This document shows, piece by piece, positions 41,971-55,844 of a stretch of 64,000 bases of DNA. The position numbers and the translations under genes are program-made. Source of the DNA: the human T2T-CHM13v2.0 reference genome, Homo sapiens; assembly GCF_009914755.1 (NCBI RefSeq), contig NC_060928.1; one strand, written 5' to 3'. Position 1 is the first letter of the stretch; the number at the start of each line of letters is the position of its first letter. The notes below the pieces were generated by a model. That model was not told where the DNA came from and ran no database searches. It saw only the letters and a program-made list of their open reading frames with translations.

Positions 41971-44189
41971 AGTATGTCAGCTGTACACAGGCAGGAAGTT
42001 AAAAAAAATACATGTGGTCATAAGAATACATGTTTGCACGTCTGAATGGTAAGTGTTCAAAATCCACTGGATATGCATATAGGATGAAACTAAAATATAG
42101 ATATGGGAGATCATACAACCTGTTTGTATATAAGTACAAGAGGAAAACATGGCCAAAAATATTTGTTGTTGATAAGGAAGGATTTTAACACTAATGAAGG
42201 AAAAGGATAACGAGAGATCTGTGAAAGGAAATAAATTATGTAGATGCAAATGACTTAGTGAATGGCTGTAGGAGCAATTTTCTAAATTTGCAGGTGATAT
42301 TTAATTGGCAGACATTGCAAACAGCAAGGAGCAATTCAATCAGATAAAGAACTTGAATCATTAAGTACTTGGCCTAATAGATGGCAAGCGCAGATAAGTG
42401 GTGAATAATAAGTCTTGAATCAAAACTAAAGAACAGAGAGTGAACATTTGCCAAAGGGAATGATACCATCCAGGAATGGCTCTTAGATTTAAGGAGAACT
42501 TATAGACAAGGACAAACAAAACTTCAGTAAAATATTACAAATAAAAAGATTTGGTGGGTTACAGCTTATCCAGCTGAAGCTGTGATGAGAAAATCTGACA
42601 ACTTAAGGATAGATAAATCCTGAAATCCACGGTTGGCTATTGAAATTCCATTTGTTACCTAGAATTTCATCTATCCCTGATCATGGTTTGGAGATAAAAT
42701 TAATGAGTAAGATAACATCCAAGCATATAAGAGGTTACAGATTTGGGTGAGGATACTATAAATAACTTTTAAAGACATTTCGGATATGAAATTCTCTATG
42801 TTCTATGGGCATAATTGTGAGGTATTGTGTTTAGATTGCTTGGTCATTTTTATTTAACATGCCAGTTCTAGTCTACGTTAGTCTGGAAATTATAAACATA
42901 GAGAAATATGCTACAAGTAAAAGAGAATAATAAAAATTTATTATAGCCTAGAAAGGTAGTTGATGCAATATATAATATATTTCCTCTTTCTCTTTTTTTT
43001 GCAATGGTGAATACTTTACTAAATGAAAAGGTTAATTTTAATATTAAAGAGAAATGGAAACATCCTTTAGTACAACATTAAAACCACAAATGGAACCTTT
43101 AAATATTCACTCACTCTAGCAATCAATGTTCCAACCTCATTTAAAGGATTTTTTTTAACTTGACATACAAATATTCAGAATGAATATTTGGAAGCAGAGC
43201 CACGAGCCATACCTTGAAAGATAACTGCGGACTTACTCTTGCCTGCCATTTGGATACTTCAGATTTCAGTTGTTCTAAGTCTCAATGATCCTGAGTTTTC
43301 TTTTTGTAATTTGGTAATTTTGTAATGGCAGGCTTTAAAATAAGTAAAGGTTTTCTTAACTAAGAACAAAAAAAAAATCCGGAGACCTAACAAGGCTCAG
43401 CTGTGTCCAGGTAGGAGATGACTGCAGTTTGGCTTCAGAGGCTCCCTCTAGCAGTGTGAGGACATCTGAGTGTCTCTCCTACTCATTTTATATTTCATTT
43501 GATACTGCACAGAATCACTAGGAGAACAGCCAGAATTGATTTACTTCTCATAGAGACAAACTGTTTCTGGGAGCTAGTTATCTTCTTATTAACAAAGAGC
43601 TTACATTCCCCTCCCCTCCAGAGCTCCTAAAACATCTATATAATAGCTACATTAAGTGAATTCTACAATGATTGAAAATTTTACTATAATGAAGATAAAA
43701 ATTCACTCAATTCTAGTTCTTTTATCCTTGATTTGCATTTGATTGAAATGTGTATTTGCAGTTTGGGCATTTCAGTCAGCGATTGCTCCTGTATTCTTTG
43801 CCCATAAGCAGCCTTCAGATGGCCTCTTAGAAAATTGAAGAAGTCTCTACATGACTGGAAAACTCTTTCTGATGGTCTGTTTCTTCAAAGATATAGCATT
43901 ACCTCTTGGGAATTATAGAAACAATATATATTGTTAAGCCTCTTCTAATGCTACTGTAATTTATAACTGGTAACTTTTTCCCCCACTTAGCATTCAATAA
44001 GCATTTATTGGGGCCTAATGTGTAGGTGGAATTTTGGAGAATACATAAAGTATAGAACACAGAGTTCTTGTTCTTCAAGAGCTAAGCAGCTCTATAGAGA
44101 AGAGAGAGACAGAACGACAGAGACAGAGACAGAGAGAGAGAGAGAAGAGATCAACACATATCCACCACTTGCTTTACTATCTATACTTC

Positions 44190-44830
44190 AACTTTTGGTG
44201 GACTCATCCCATCTTATGGATTCAATTATCATCTATAAGTAGACCACTTCCCCAATTGTTTCTTTAACCCAGACCTCTCACCTGAACTACAGGCTTTTAT
44301 TCCTCACAATGCCTTCAGCATTTTCCATTTCTAATGGGTACCCCAAACATTAAGTGTTCAAAACTGAATTTCTGATTTCACCCCTTTCCCTCATCCTTGT
44401 CTGTTGTAGTGTATGGCAACTCCAATTTTCAAGTTACTCAGTGCAAAACCTTTGAGTTGTCCTTGAATTCTCTTCTCTCTGTCACGCCTTATATACAATG
44501 CATCAGCAAATTTGTCTGGCTGTAAATCTGAAATATACCATAAATATAAATACGATCACTTCTCACCACTCGAAAGCCACTATTTTTCTCTCTTTAGGAC
44601 TATTTCAATGGCCCTTTAACTGCTCACCAAGCTACTGCTCTTTTTCCTATTTCTGTTAAAAAATCTATTTTTAACAGAGCAGCCAAAGTGATTGTTTTAA
44701 AATGTCAGATCGTATTACACTCTCCCTATAACCCTCCAATAGTTTTCCTTCAACTCTAATTTACATAATTCCCTATAATGCCTTATATGTTCAATTATAT
44801 ACATATACACTTACCACCATCTCTGTGAAA
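44190..44830 (+). mobile_element. L2 fragment
   Basis: cccagacctctcacctgaactacag...gttcaaaactgaatt...aacagagcagccaaagtgat. Confidence 0.7.
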
Positions 44831-45693
44831 TCTCTTTCTCCTACTTCCCTAGTATGAGTATTGCTTAGGTATAAATCAGAACTCAGAAAAATAAGAGTAA
44901 GAATTAAAAAGGACATATGTGCTGAAAAAAATAGAGCAATGAATAAATACTGGGGAAGTAATTAGAAGGAAGAGATTATACAGAAACCATAAGGCAAAAA
45001 GTTAATCAAATTTATCAAGCATATTATAGGGGACATGGCCAACTCCACAATTTGTTCACCTATAATCTCAGGCAAGCTATTTACCTTGTCTGAGTCTTAG
45101 ATTTGGCCTCAGCGAAAGGAAAGTGGTGATACATCATGAGCAGGGTTGCAGCACAGCTGGCATAAATGGAGGTTTATCCCACACATGTGGGCTGAAAATA
45201 TTAGAATCCAAGCTACCAAGGTCAGAGTGCCTGGCTAAGAGCTTCATATGGAAAAAAAACCTTTAAGTCAATGACAAAATGGGAGAGACTTTTTTTTTTC
45301 AGGCAGTATATAGCCAAGAATCTATTCCTTGAATGCTGGAATTGAAGGTTATATAAAAGCACTTATTACTACCAAATTGCAAAGAACAAGCAGAGCAAGT
45401 AAGTTGAGAGAGAGAGAGAGAGATCTTTCTTGGAGAACATTTTTGGAAAATGACTGTGGGCAAAGCAATGTGAAAATATTTAGGGAGACAGAAGACTACG
45501 AAGATAAAATACCTATATCAAGAAGTTTATATTGAAATTGAGAATATAAAACAGATATTATGGGATAAGTCCCATAGGAGAGATACAGAAAAACAGAGAA
45601 ATGAAGGATAACTGTAAACTCTAGGGAGGCAATGTCACAAACTCAGGTGAAAATACATTAGAAAAGGAAAACTAGGTATTTTTCAGTATATAT

Positions 45694-45783
45694 AATCAGG
45701 CTGGAAGATAAAAGCTGGTTCAGAGACTAGTGAAAACAAATCAGGCTGGAAGATAAAAGCTGGTTCAGAGACTAGTGAAAACT
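45694..45783 (+). repeat. 45 bp tandem duplication
   Basis: aatcaggctggaagataaaagctggttcagagactagtgaaaac(a/t) x2; the first 44 nt are identical. Confidence 0.98.
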
Positions 45784-46439
45784 AAATTGTTCCTATAAGG
45801 ACTTTAAAAGGAGATCAGCATGTGAGTAGACTTGGAGGCCTGCTAAAGAGGGAGCTAGGAGAAGGAATAGCACGTGGTTTCTGAGAAACAGTGTAGCAAT
45901 AAGGCTTATCACACATAAACTAAACTAATCATGATGTTTTTGTCACTATTGTGCTGTCAGAGAAAAAAATCTATTGAAATAATGAAACATACTAATTTTG
46001 AGAAACATCAGTGTGGCAAAACCCAAGAAACACTTTTCAAATGAATATACTCAAATTGCAAGATCAAACATCTATTAATTATAATAGGTAAGAAAAAGGA
46101 AACATTCAAAAAAGTCCTTCAAAGCGAAAATATGTAAATTAGAGTACCTTCATAATCAATAAACACTTATTGAGCATCTATTCATGTGCTATCAATGTGT
46201 TAAAAATACAAAAGTGACAAAAATAATTATTGCTCAAAATTCTGTGCAGTATTTAGAAAGATTGGGTAGGGATAAACATGTATTTCTCTAAGATTACATT
46301 ACATTATGATAAGGTTTATGGAAAAAATGTACATACCTATGTATATGTAAAAATAGAAAAGAGTCTAAAAGAACTTTTTCAATCTCAAAACAGTGTTTAC
46401 ATATGAGGAAATGTAGCGATGACTGTTCATTGTTTATAA

Positions 46440-46880
46440 ATATCTGTTCTCTCCTTTCTTAGTAATACAGCTCCTGAATCATAATAGCCAGATACAGACT
46501 TCCCACAATATGAATTTCCCAGTTTCTCTCCTTAGCTAGTGTGGTCATGTGACTAAATTGTAGCCAATGATATTTAAGCAGAAATATCATGTGATGCCTC
46601 TGAGAAATGTTCTTAAAGGAAGGATTTTTATTCTTATTCTTATCTTCCTCCTTTCTTCTGGCTGGAATGTTAATAGGATGACTTGTGTTCAAGCAGCCCT
46701 CTAAAGACATGAATTGGAAGCTATGTACTGAGGAGCACAGAGCAACAAGAGAAAATAAGTAAAATAAGTTTGGTTCTTAGCTCTGGAAGCGTGATAAACC
46801 TGGGATAGTCAGCCAGGGAACTTCTTTCATGTTGATTTTTAAGCCAGTGATATTTTGGGCATTTCTTTTACCTGCAGGAA
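46440..46880 (+). mobile_element. MLT1J-like MaLR LTR
   Basis: tttcccag...gtggtcatgtgactaaatt.tagccaatga...ggctggaatg...tttaagcca.tg.tattttggg. Confidence 0.75.
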
Positions 46881-47584
46881 GAAAATAGGCTGATTTTATA
46901 TAATTTGACCCTTTAAAAACTAGAATATATTCATACATAGTTTTTACAGTTCAGTGTTTAAACTTATTTATTTTTCATCTTAGTTTTGCTTCCCTATGTT
47001 TTGTAAATGGTAAACTTATTAGCCATTCTGTGGTATATAAAAGTTTCACTTTTATGTTTTGTTTTTATATTGGCCCAACTTCCATGTTCAGCTAAATACA
47101 CTAACATAATTTAAATTACTGCATTTCATTGGGAATCCAAGTTAGAAAATTCCTTTTCCCACATTTTTAATACCTAAAACTTGGGAAATGAATAACATTA
47201 TAAGTACTTGAAAATAATATTCACTGATTTATCATGTGTAAGCCCTGTCGAAATATTTATTTTCTACTGAGCTTGGAAGATATTTTAAAATGATTCCATT
47301 AAAGAAATTTTTAAAATTTTTGAAATATCTATTTACTTAAGATGTTGAAGAAAACATAAGCATCTACCTTTACCTTCCATTTTTTAGATCTCATATGATA
47401 TGACAAATAAATAGAAAATTAGAGGAAATTTTACAACAGTACTCTAAATTAAGTAAGGGTACCCTCCATGAACCAGGAATTGGCAGATTTCAAAAAAGCA
47501 CACTCCTAAGAAATTTCTGTTTTTCACGTGACCCTGACAAAATCCATTAATTGTCCTAATTTGGAAGGGTACAAACTGCAGAAA

Positions 47585-47960
47585 AGAGCAGGGTATTAGC
47601 TCAGCAGGAAGCATAATATTTCATTGCCAAGTTGCTGTTGTGACTCAGTAGCAGCACTTCTGTTATCTTCTGCATGGCTCCTCACTCTTCAGCGAGCAAA
47701 TTAGGACTCATTCACATAGTGATCCAGGGTTCCTGGCACAGCAAGATAGATGGCAAGCCATTGTGCCAGCCCTCCAATGCTCTGTTTGTATCACATTGCT
47801 TTTCTCCCATTGATCAAAGCAAGTTCCTGGCTAATCCCAAAGTTAAAGGATAGGGAAATAGACTGCACCAATTGTTGGAAGAGCTGAACAGTACATTGCA
47901 AAGGGGCAGGAATACCAGAATAGGAAGAACTTTGTGGCTATCTTATGTAATCTGCCGTGC
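47585..47960 (-). mobile_element. MLT1H-like MaLR LTR
   Basis: cccattgatcaaagcaagtt...gggaaatagact...ggaagagctg...acattgcaaagggg. Confidence 0.7.
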
Positions 47961-48429
47961 TGATCAGTTAGACTAATAAACCAAGAGAAGAAATGAAGGA
48001 TAATAAATTCAAATACCTAATAGAGATCAGGCTGTTAAGGTATAAAAGTAAAGTTGGGTATAGTACCTATGCACACAATGTGCTTGAATTGTGAGAGCTA
48101 AAGTGAATTGAAGATCTCATGAACTTTCCAAGGGGGCACTGTCTCTCAAATTCAACAAGTTGCTTGAAACAGACTCCAGCAATTTTCACATGAAATTGTA
48201 AGTTTGAATTTCTATGTAGACTCTACTAATTTTGAATTCTGGCTGAAGTATTTTAAAACTGTGGTTGAACATAACCACATCTGTAAGTTACTTATGAATC
48301 ATGGACCATCAACATGTGAGTTTTGATAGAGAAGACTGAAAGGATAACATTTTACAACTCTATTAAATATAATATAAATAGTACAATTAATATATATTTT
48401 ATATAAATTTGTGTCCTATAGACACTGAA

Positions 48430-50283
48430 GACCCATAGGTTAATTACAAAAATTGATAATACATCATGTGCCTCCAACTCCAAAATTTATATACAACATA
48501 AGTAATACCTAACAAATTACCAGATTAAAACACAATAAAATTAAGATGAATAACATTTTAAACAAAGACAAAATCTCAAACCACTTGGAAGTAAAAATAG
48601 CAAATGAGCAAAAACTCTCATACACTGTTCCTAGAGCAAAGAGGAAATAAAAACTAAAAGTATAGACTATTTAGAAAATAATGATAACAAAAGCACTACA
48701 TGTAAATTGTTTTTAAAACTTTGCTTACAGAAACGTGTTCATCTTTAAACTCTACTTAATTACTAAATTAAAATAATGAATCAAGCCTTCAACTCAATAA
48801 ACAAAATATGAAGCCATTAAAGCTTGAGTTAAAATGCATTAAAATCTGTATTTTAGAATTCATAAATCAATAGGGTTAATTGAAGGGAAAAAACAGTTCT
48901 TTGAAAAGATATAAAACAAAAACAAGCCTTGGGCATGTCTGGTTTTGGAAAATGAAATGCATAAATAAAAGTATCAAAAACATGTGTACACCACAATTAA
49001 GAAAAATTTTCACAAGCATGATGGAACAGTAAGTACAACTTTATCGTAATTATTTGAAAGAAACGTATGGCATGAATTATTATCAAGGAAAACATCCCAT
49101 CATTAAAATTGACCCAAGAAGAAATAGAAGACAATTAAATATATGTCCAATATGACAAAAAATGTTATTTGTTTACAAACAAATTAATAATGTTATCTCC
49201 TGCCTGTTTTCTTAATTTCAGGAAAGAGTAGGCCAAATGATTAAGACATTTCATAAAAGTTATCCAATTAATTCTGAAGAGCTAGAGTAATTCCCAAAAG
49301 AATGGCTGAAAATGAAATCACATACAAAAAAAGAAAAAACATTCAATATCACTTTAGTAGTGGTAATAAAAATACTTATTAAGTGATAATTGAATTCTTT
49401 TACAAAATTCTTTTGGATATGAATATCCAAAAATCTTAAATGTCCTTTCATATTTAATCCGTCAGCATATTAGAACATAGTAAAGTATTACCAAACAGGG
49501 TTTATTACAGAATGAGCTTCATTCAACCAAAAGATAACAGGAGAATCTTTGGCAAAATATCTAATAGTAAGCAAAGTTGGAGACATGGATTAGATAATAA
49601 TATGAAATCATCATGTGTTCTAAAAATGAAAGAATGGTATTAAAAAATCAAAGGAAAAGGGGAAAGTAGGGGAAAATAGGATATCGTAATGCACTTTAGG
49701 GAATAAGTGGAAGTAACAGATTTTATTTAAAATTTTCAAAACGTTAACTGGAAAAAAAGGAGTAAAAGCATAATAAAATTTTTAAATATTGAGGTTAAAA
49801 ACTATAATAAAAGTGCAAATCTTTCTAGATAGTAAAAGAAAAACCTACCAAAGAAAACATGCTACATAGAAAAACACAGTAAATATAACAAAATCTACAC
49901 AATAATAAATAACATAAAGAATAGATTAAATAAGATACATTTTTGGGATATGGATCAAACACTACACCCTCATAATATGCCATTTTCTCAAGCATACATG
50001 GAACATTGACAAAAGTCAATCATATATTGATTGGCCTCAAAGAAAACACTATTAAGTTCCATTTAAGTACTTTATTACAAATAGTGTTCCCTCATCAAAA
50101 TACAATAAAACTAGAAATTTAGAAGAACAGTAAGAGAAGACTTTTCACCTGAAATTAAGAAATCATCATGTTAAACAACTGTAGAAAAGAGAAAAAGAAA
50201 CAAAAATTATCTTTAAAATTAGTGGTAATAAAAATACTATATATCAGAATCTGTAAAGGATACTTAAAGGCGTAATTAGTAGT
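48430..50283 (+). mobile_element. Old L1M ORF2 fragments (A-rich, apparently two out-of-order pieces)
   Basis: aaaattgacccaagaagaaatagaa, ttctcaagcatacatggaacatt, aataaaactagaaat and tatcagaatctgt. Confidence 0.7.
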
Positions 50284-50288
50284 CTTGG

Positions 50289-50490
50289 CCCTCCCCTTCC
50301 CTTCCCTTCCCTTCCCTTCCCTTCCCTTCCCTTCCCTTCCCTTCCCTTCCCTTCCCCTTCCCTTCCCCTTCCCTTCCCCTTCCCTTCCCCTTCCCTTCCC
50401 TTCCCCTTCCCTTCCCTTCCCTTCCCCTTCCCTTCCCCTTCCCTTCCCCTTCCCTTCCCCTTCCCTTCCCCTTCCCCTTCCCTTTCCCTT
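50289..50490 (+). repeat. (CCCTT)n/(CCCCTT)n compound repeat = (AAGGG)/(AAGGGG) on the - strand; pyrimidine-rich tail continues to ~50577
   Basis: 12 pure CCCTT units (50294-50353), then mostly alternating CCCCTT/CCCTT. Confidence 0.99.
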
Positions 50491-51159
50491 CCTTCTTTTC
50501 TTCTTTCCTTCCTTCTTCTCCATCTCCCTCCTATTTTTCCTCCTTCCCTTTTTTTTCCACCCTTTCTTCCTTCCTTTAGCATTTCTTCAATCCTTACTTT
50601 CTCCCAAGCAAACCTGGAATCTTTACATTGTAATATTATTTAAAAGCCAAATAAAATCAAATAATATTTAAGAAAACTATCAAGAAATTTCAAATATTTA
50701 CAAAAATTTATTCTCTTGAACAGCAAGAGAAGGAAACAGTTTAGTAAGTTAGATAGGCAGAAGTAGACCTAGTACTTGTGAAATGTGTGCCAAAACTCTT
50801 CAGTAACTATTTTCCTTCTGCTTTCTGTAGAAAATATTTAAAGTTGAAATGAAAGCATTTCCTGAAGTGATACGTGAATTACTACAAGCAATATGTACAA
50901 AACATGAAAAACAGAGGTGATATTTAGTTTGGAATTGTCATATTCAAAATCAGAAATAAAATTTTCATTCTGATAGAGCAGTGAGTTTGATTTTATTCTC
51001 AGATTAAATTACAGAATGGATTATTAATCAGATGTGTTTTAGATGATTAAAATAGCAGTTCATGTTTTTGATAGCATTAGCTATTCAGGATCAAATGAAT
51101 ATCTGATTAAATATGTATTTTGAGTTCAATAATGCCTTTTACAAAGCACTTTAAACCCT

Positions 51160-51900
51160 ATAGACAAACGTGGCTTGATGGCAGTGTAGTAAGGAATATT
51201 TATAGGTGATTGAAAAGCTATATCTAAAGTTTTAACTAGTGAGCTATCATCAAAGTGCATAGAACTTTAGAGGCATATTGCCATACTTTGAACTTGCCAA
51301 TGTATGTTTCATCAATACTTTACTAGTAATGTGAATGAAGAATTAAAGGCTTGCTCCTCAACTTCTGAATGGCTCAAACATGGTAAAATAAAGTTGACAT
51401 AATGAATGAGAAGTATAGATTACAGTAGATGTGAAAAATACAAAAGAACCAAAGAATGAAATTAAAGAGACAAATATAAAATCTAACATTTGCTTCAACT
51501 GCATAAGACTTTGTGGGCTACTAGTTTGATAGTATTTATTTTAAAAATATTTTTAAAATTTTATTTGACCTTAAATTTAGCATAAGGCAGTATTAAAAAT
51601 CACCTAATAAAAATGATACAGCCTCCAATTTTATTTAAAAAGTGTATAATTTATATCAATTGAGGAAACTGATTATTTAGACTGTGTTCACAGGAGAATG
51701 ACAAGTATTTTGAGGGACAGAAAATCATATCTTTGGAAAAAGTTTGAAAGCTTGTCATAGGGCAGATCTATTTAGATTGATAACATAATGTATGGATGAC
51801 AAAACTAAAACATCTAATAAAGAGTACAGGGAAGCAGGTATTGATTCATTATAAAATCAAAGTTTTATAATAATTAGAATATTTCAAATGCAAAATTTTC
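51160..51900 (+). mobile_element. L3/CR1 LINE fragment
   Basis: Degenerate CR1 RT and 3' motifs, e.g. gtgttcacaggagaatgac and tacagggaagcaggt...ttttataataattaga. Confidence 0.5.
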
Positions 51901-52624
51901 ATCTTAGAAAAAGCAACTGGACTTGGTGTAATGTTAAAATAATGCATGTAAAACACATGATACTTGGTATATAGTAAGCACTAACTAAATGCATACTATT
52001 AATCTTACCAATATAATGTTCTTAGCATTATATTCAAGAATAAATTAGATCTTTAGTTGTTACATATAATCATTTATTTTAGATTAAATTTAGAGTAAAT
52101 GTATTTCAATTTGTCTAAGCTTCTAAGATTCAGTGATTATATTGCTTATTAGTCATGCTCCATTGTATCATCCATCCATATCCTTTTCATGACTTGAGAG
52201 AATGCAAATCTTGTATCTTCTCTCAAGGAAAATATTATGACTATATAATTAAAATAATTTTAAAAATGTATTTATATTCCAGTTTTAGTGCTAGTCCTAA
52301 TCAAAATTTAAATAATCATTTTACAATAAATATTTGACATATAATATTTTGTAATATATTGAATTTTCTATAGTAGATGCCTAATTATCTTAGCTATTTG
52401 CAAATAATGTAAGTGTAAATATACTGATAAATCAAGAACCTTACTTTAATTATTGACATAATTATTCAGGATATTAATCTTTTATCATTGCTATAAAACA
52501 GTCAATTTTCATATTGCCATTTTCTTTTTATTATTTAAATACCTCTCTCTGTTGGGAATGCAGACAAAAAGATGGAAGAGATTTATAATAATTAGGTAAT
52601 ATAAGTTTAGTAGGGGCTCCATCT

Positions 52625-54400
52625 TTATTTATTCATATATTCATAGCAAGTATTTATTGACCATGAATTCTATGCCAGAAAATGTGATATGTAATTTTTT
52701 TAAAAGTCACAATCCTTGCTTTCATGGAGCTTATGGCCTAGTGGAGGAGTCAAACATTATTGAAAAGATCATATAAACATATGTAAGATTGCAGCTGTCA
52801 TAGTGGCTAGGAAAGTGAGGAATGTAAACTTCTGATAGTGTAAACAAATTATTGTTCCAATCAAAGAGATAGTGGATAGCTTCCCTGTGAAAATGAAAAT
52901 CAAGCTGACATATAGATATAAATGAGTGTTTACTTGAAGTTTCAGGAGGGTCAATCCAGACTGTGGGAACAGCATGTACAAAGACCATGCATCAGGAAGA
53001 ACTGCTGGAAGGGAAAATGGTACAGTATGAATATGTTGAAGCAGGTTGGGGATAGCCTACGTAAAGGTGTGTAGACCATGTTTTTAATCTTTCTCCTAAG
53101 AGCCATGCAAATTCATTGAAAATTTTTAAAGTGTGGCAGGAGACAGGATCAGATTTGCTCTATAGAAAGACTACTTTGGCTACAATAGGGAGACTGAAGA
53201 GGAAGAAAGGTAGATTTCAGGTAGTCTTACAAGGAGCTGGAGCCTAGGAAAACAATGAAAGCTGGAAATAGTAAAGAAATGAATGGATATTAGGATGCTC
53301 AGGAGGTAAAATCAATAATGATAGATTTGATAGGGGGCATAGGCTGGAGAAGATAATGAAGCTAACAAGTTTTATGACTTATATAAAAAGACACCATTAA
53401 AGCAAGAGATGTTGGAAGAGGACTGGTTGAATATCATAAGTATGATGTTGGCCATGTTAAATGTTAAATTTGAGGTATTTTTAAGTCATTTAGTAGAAAT
53501 GTCAATTATGTAGTTGAATAAATCAGTCTAGATCCCAGAGCTCAGATACACATCTAGAAATAATACATTTGTAAATTGTGTGTAGATGGGGACAATAGCA
53601 GTAATGAACACAGATGGAATTGCCTAGGCAGAAGAGCTCAAATGAGAAAAGGATGTAGGCCCAAGTCCAGAGAACTGCTAACATGAGCTTGAAAAAGGAA
53701 CTGAGAAAGAGGTGTATGTTATGTCATGAAATTCAAGGGAAAGTTGTGTTTGTGATGGAGGGAGAAATCATCAATGCTAAATGTCAAGAGACCTGATTAG
53801 ATGAGCTTTGAAGTATATCCACTACGTTCAACAATACAATAATTAAGAAGTACTTTTTCCATGAGGAATAGGGTATCCAACAATATGGGGAAAAAGAGTT
53901 TTCTCAGAGTGACTGGGATATATAAAAATGGAGAGAAAATGTGGTAATGTGGAGTAACCAGAGAGTAGAGGGAAGGGCTCAATCTCTTTGATTTCATTTT
54001 AACAAGAAACAAAGAATCTTTTAATGGGAAATCTAGTTAATAGGATGATGTTGAATGCATGAGACAGGAACTTAAGTATCTGAAATAGAGAGAGATTGAT
54101 ACATTTAATGATGGAAGGTTAGCCTTAGGAAAGGGGACAGCTCCTGTATTGTGGAAGCAGATAAATAGAGTAGACTGGGTATGGGCTATAGGTTGGAACA
54201 CAGAAATAAGTATGATTTTTAATCTCCCATCTTCTATGTTCTCTATATAATAACAGTAGGATTAAAGATGTGACAAGTCGTTGTAAAAAGTGGACAAGTG
54301 AGTTGACCAAATAAATAAAAACCTAAGAAGGGTAAGAATAAATAATTGTCTTTGATTATTTCTGGTTATGTTGTTTATTGATATTTAGGAAGTTTTAGAA
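52625..54400 (-). mobile_element. L2 fragments
   Basis: attcat...caagtatttattga...tatgccag...tccttgctttcatggagcttatggcctagtgg. Confidence 0.8.
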
Positions 54401-54429
54401 CTGTCTTTCTGAATTAGTGGTCCTTGGCC

Positions 54430-54696
54430 TTTTTTTTTTTATTATACTTTAAGTTTTAGGGTACATGTGCACAATGTGCAGGTTAGTTACATATGTATAC
54501 ATGTGCCATGTTGGTGTGCTGCACCCAGTAACTCGTCATTTAACATTAGATATATCTCCAAATGCTATCCCTCCCCCTCCCCCCACCCCACAACAGGCCC
54601 CGGTGTGTGATGTTCGCCTTCCTGTGTCCATGTGTTCTCATTGTTCAATTCCCACCTATGAGTGAGAACATGCGGTGTTTGGTTTTCTGTCCTTGC
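54430..54696 (-). mobile_element. 5'-truncated young L1PA 3'UTR (~270 bp)
   Basis: L1PA 3' terminus in antisense; TSD cttggccttttttt beginning at 54423 and at 54696. Confidence 0.96.
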
Positions 54697-54849
54697 TTGG
54701 CCTTTTTTTAAATTTTGCTTCAGTGCAGCACCTCTAATATAAGTAAGGACTACCACATACTCATTATCCATTACAGTGTTCTGCTGTATCATTGATTCTG
54801 AAGGATGGAGTGAAGCACCTCTTTAGGAAGACTATACAAAACTCAGAGA

Positions 54850-54855
<6 letters not shown>

Positions 54856-54887
<32 letters not shown>

Positions 54888-54892
54888 TGTGT
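54856..54892 (+). repeat. (AG)15(TG)3 microsatellite
   Basis: Read directly. Confidence 0.95.
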
Positions 54893-55844
54893 ATTTGTTA
54901 GAAAAAGTTCATTATATGATTCTGATATGCCTCCCACAGGGAGGCTAGAAATTTCTCCTTGAAAATAGAATAGCCAAATGTTGAAAATAGACCAGAATTT
55001 AGGAATTTGTTTATAGATATATGACAAGTAATTGTTAAATTTAATAAATAGTGTAGCACATACAAATAATCAGCTCCCTTTTCCTAAATAAAAAACTTTA
55101 GCTATTTTTATTCTATTTTAAAAATTCACTTCGTGATATTTAAAGGTATCCATTATTAAAATCAGTAACCATTCCAATTTATAATCATTTAAAAGTAAAA
55201 CATATAATTATTTATTAGAAAAATATTTGTGAACATTTTATAAATATTATCAACATGTTGTCAGTAAATTCCTCCTCAGGTGGAATTTTCTGACTTTGGT
55301 TGAGTCATTAAATGTTTTGGGTCACTAGTGATCAATTAGTAAATTACTGATCCATAGTACTTTAATGGCCTGAAAAAGTAAATGCATCTTCTGAGCACCT
55401 AATTGAATCTTAGTTATTTATTCATCATTAAAATCAAGATAAATGAGTCAGCTCACAATAATGAAACTGAACAGTTACATTCATTTCACAAATAGATTAA
55501 ACTAAAGCTCAGAAAAGACGGGACAAGGGAGTTAAACATCCAGGTTAGATTTTCCATCTGAAAAGACCCAATTCCCAATATCTTGCTATAAAAATTAAAT
55601 ACATATATGAGTTTGAAAGCAATATTTTTCTGCAAGTTCATTTTCATATAGCGTTATTAAGTTTAATACCATTCAGTTAATAATTGTAGATCCATGGTAC
55701 GTATACTAATATGGTCTTGTTATAATGTAAATAGTACAGTTTAAACAGCAAAATTTCACACTGTTTTAATATAAAAAATTTCCTAGAACCAATTACCCTG
55801 AGTGCCTACTATATGGTTCATTTGGAAAATGAATGATAGCTGCA

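Noticed and set aside
43920-43935. 16 bp palindrome aacaatatatattgtt as a SOXE dimer site; similar 16-mers at 8228-8243 and 59471-59486
   Set aside because: Built on (AT)n cores and expected in AT-rich DNA; the half-site spacing is shorter than typical SOX9/10 dimer sites.
45694-45783. Direct repeats (also 24477-24530, 9743-9801) considered as CRISPR-like arrays
   Set aside because: Only two adjacent copies with no spacers, no cas genes, and the context is eukaryotic.
50155-50671. Gly/Arg/Glu/Lys-rich and Pro/Phe/Ser-rich ORFs of 112-128 aa
   Set aside because: They are reading frames through the CCCTT array, with no evidence of a gene. The hexamer is CCCCTT, not the SVA CCCTCT, and there is no SVA body.
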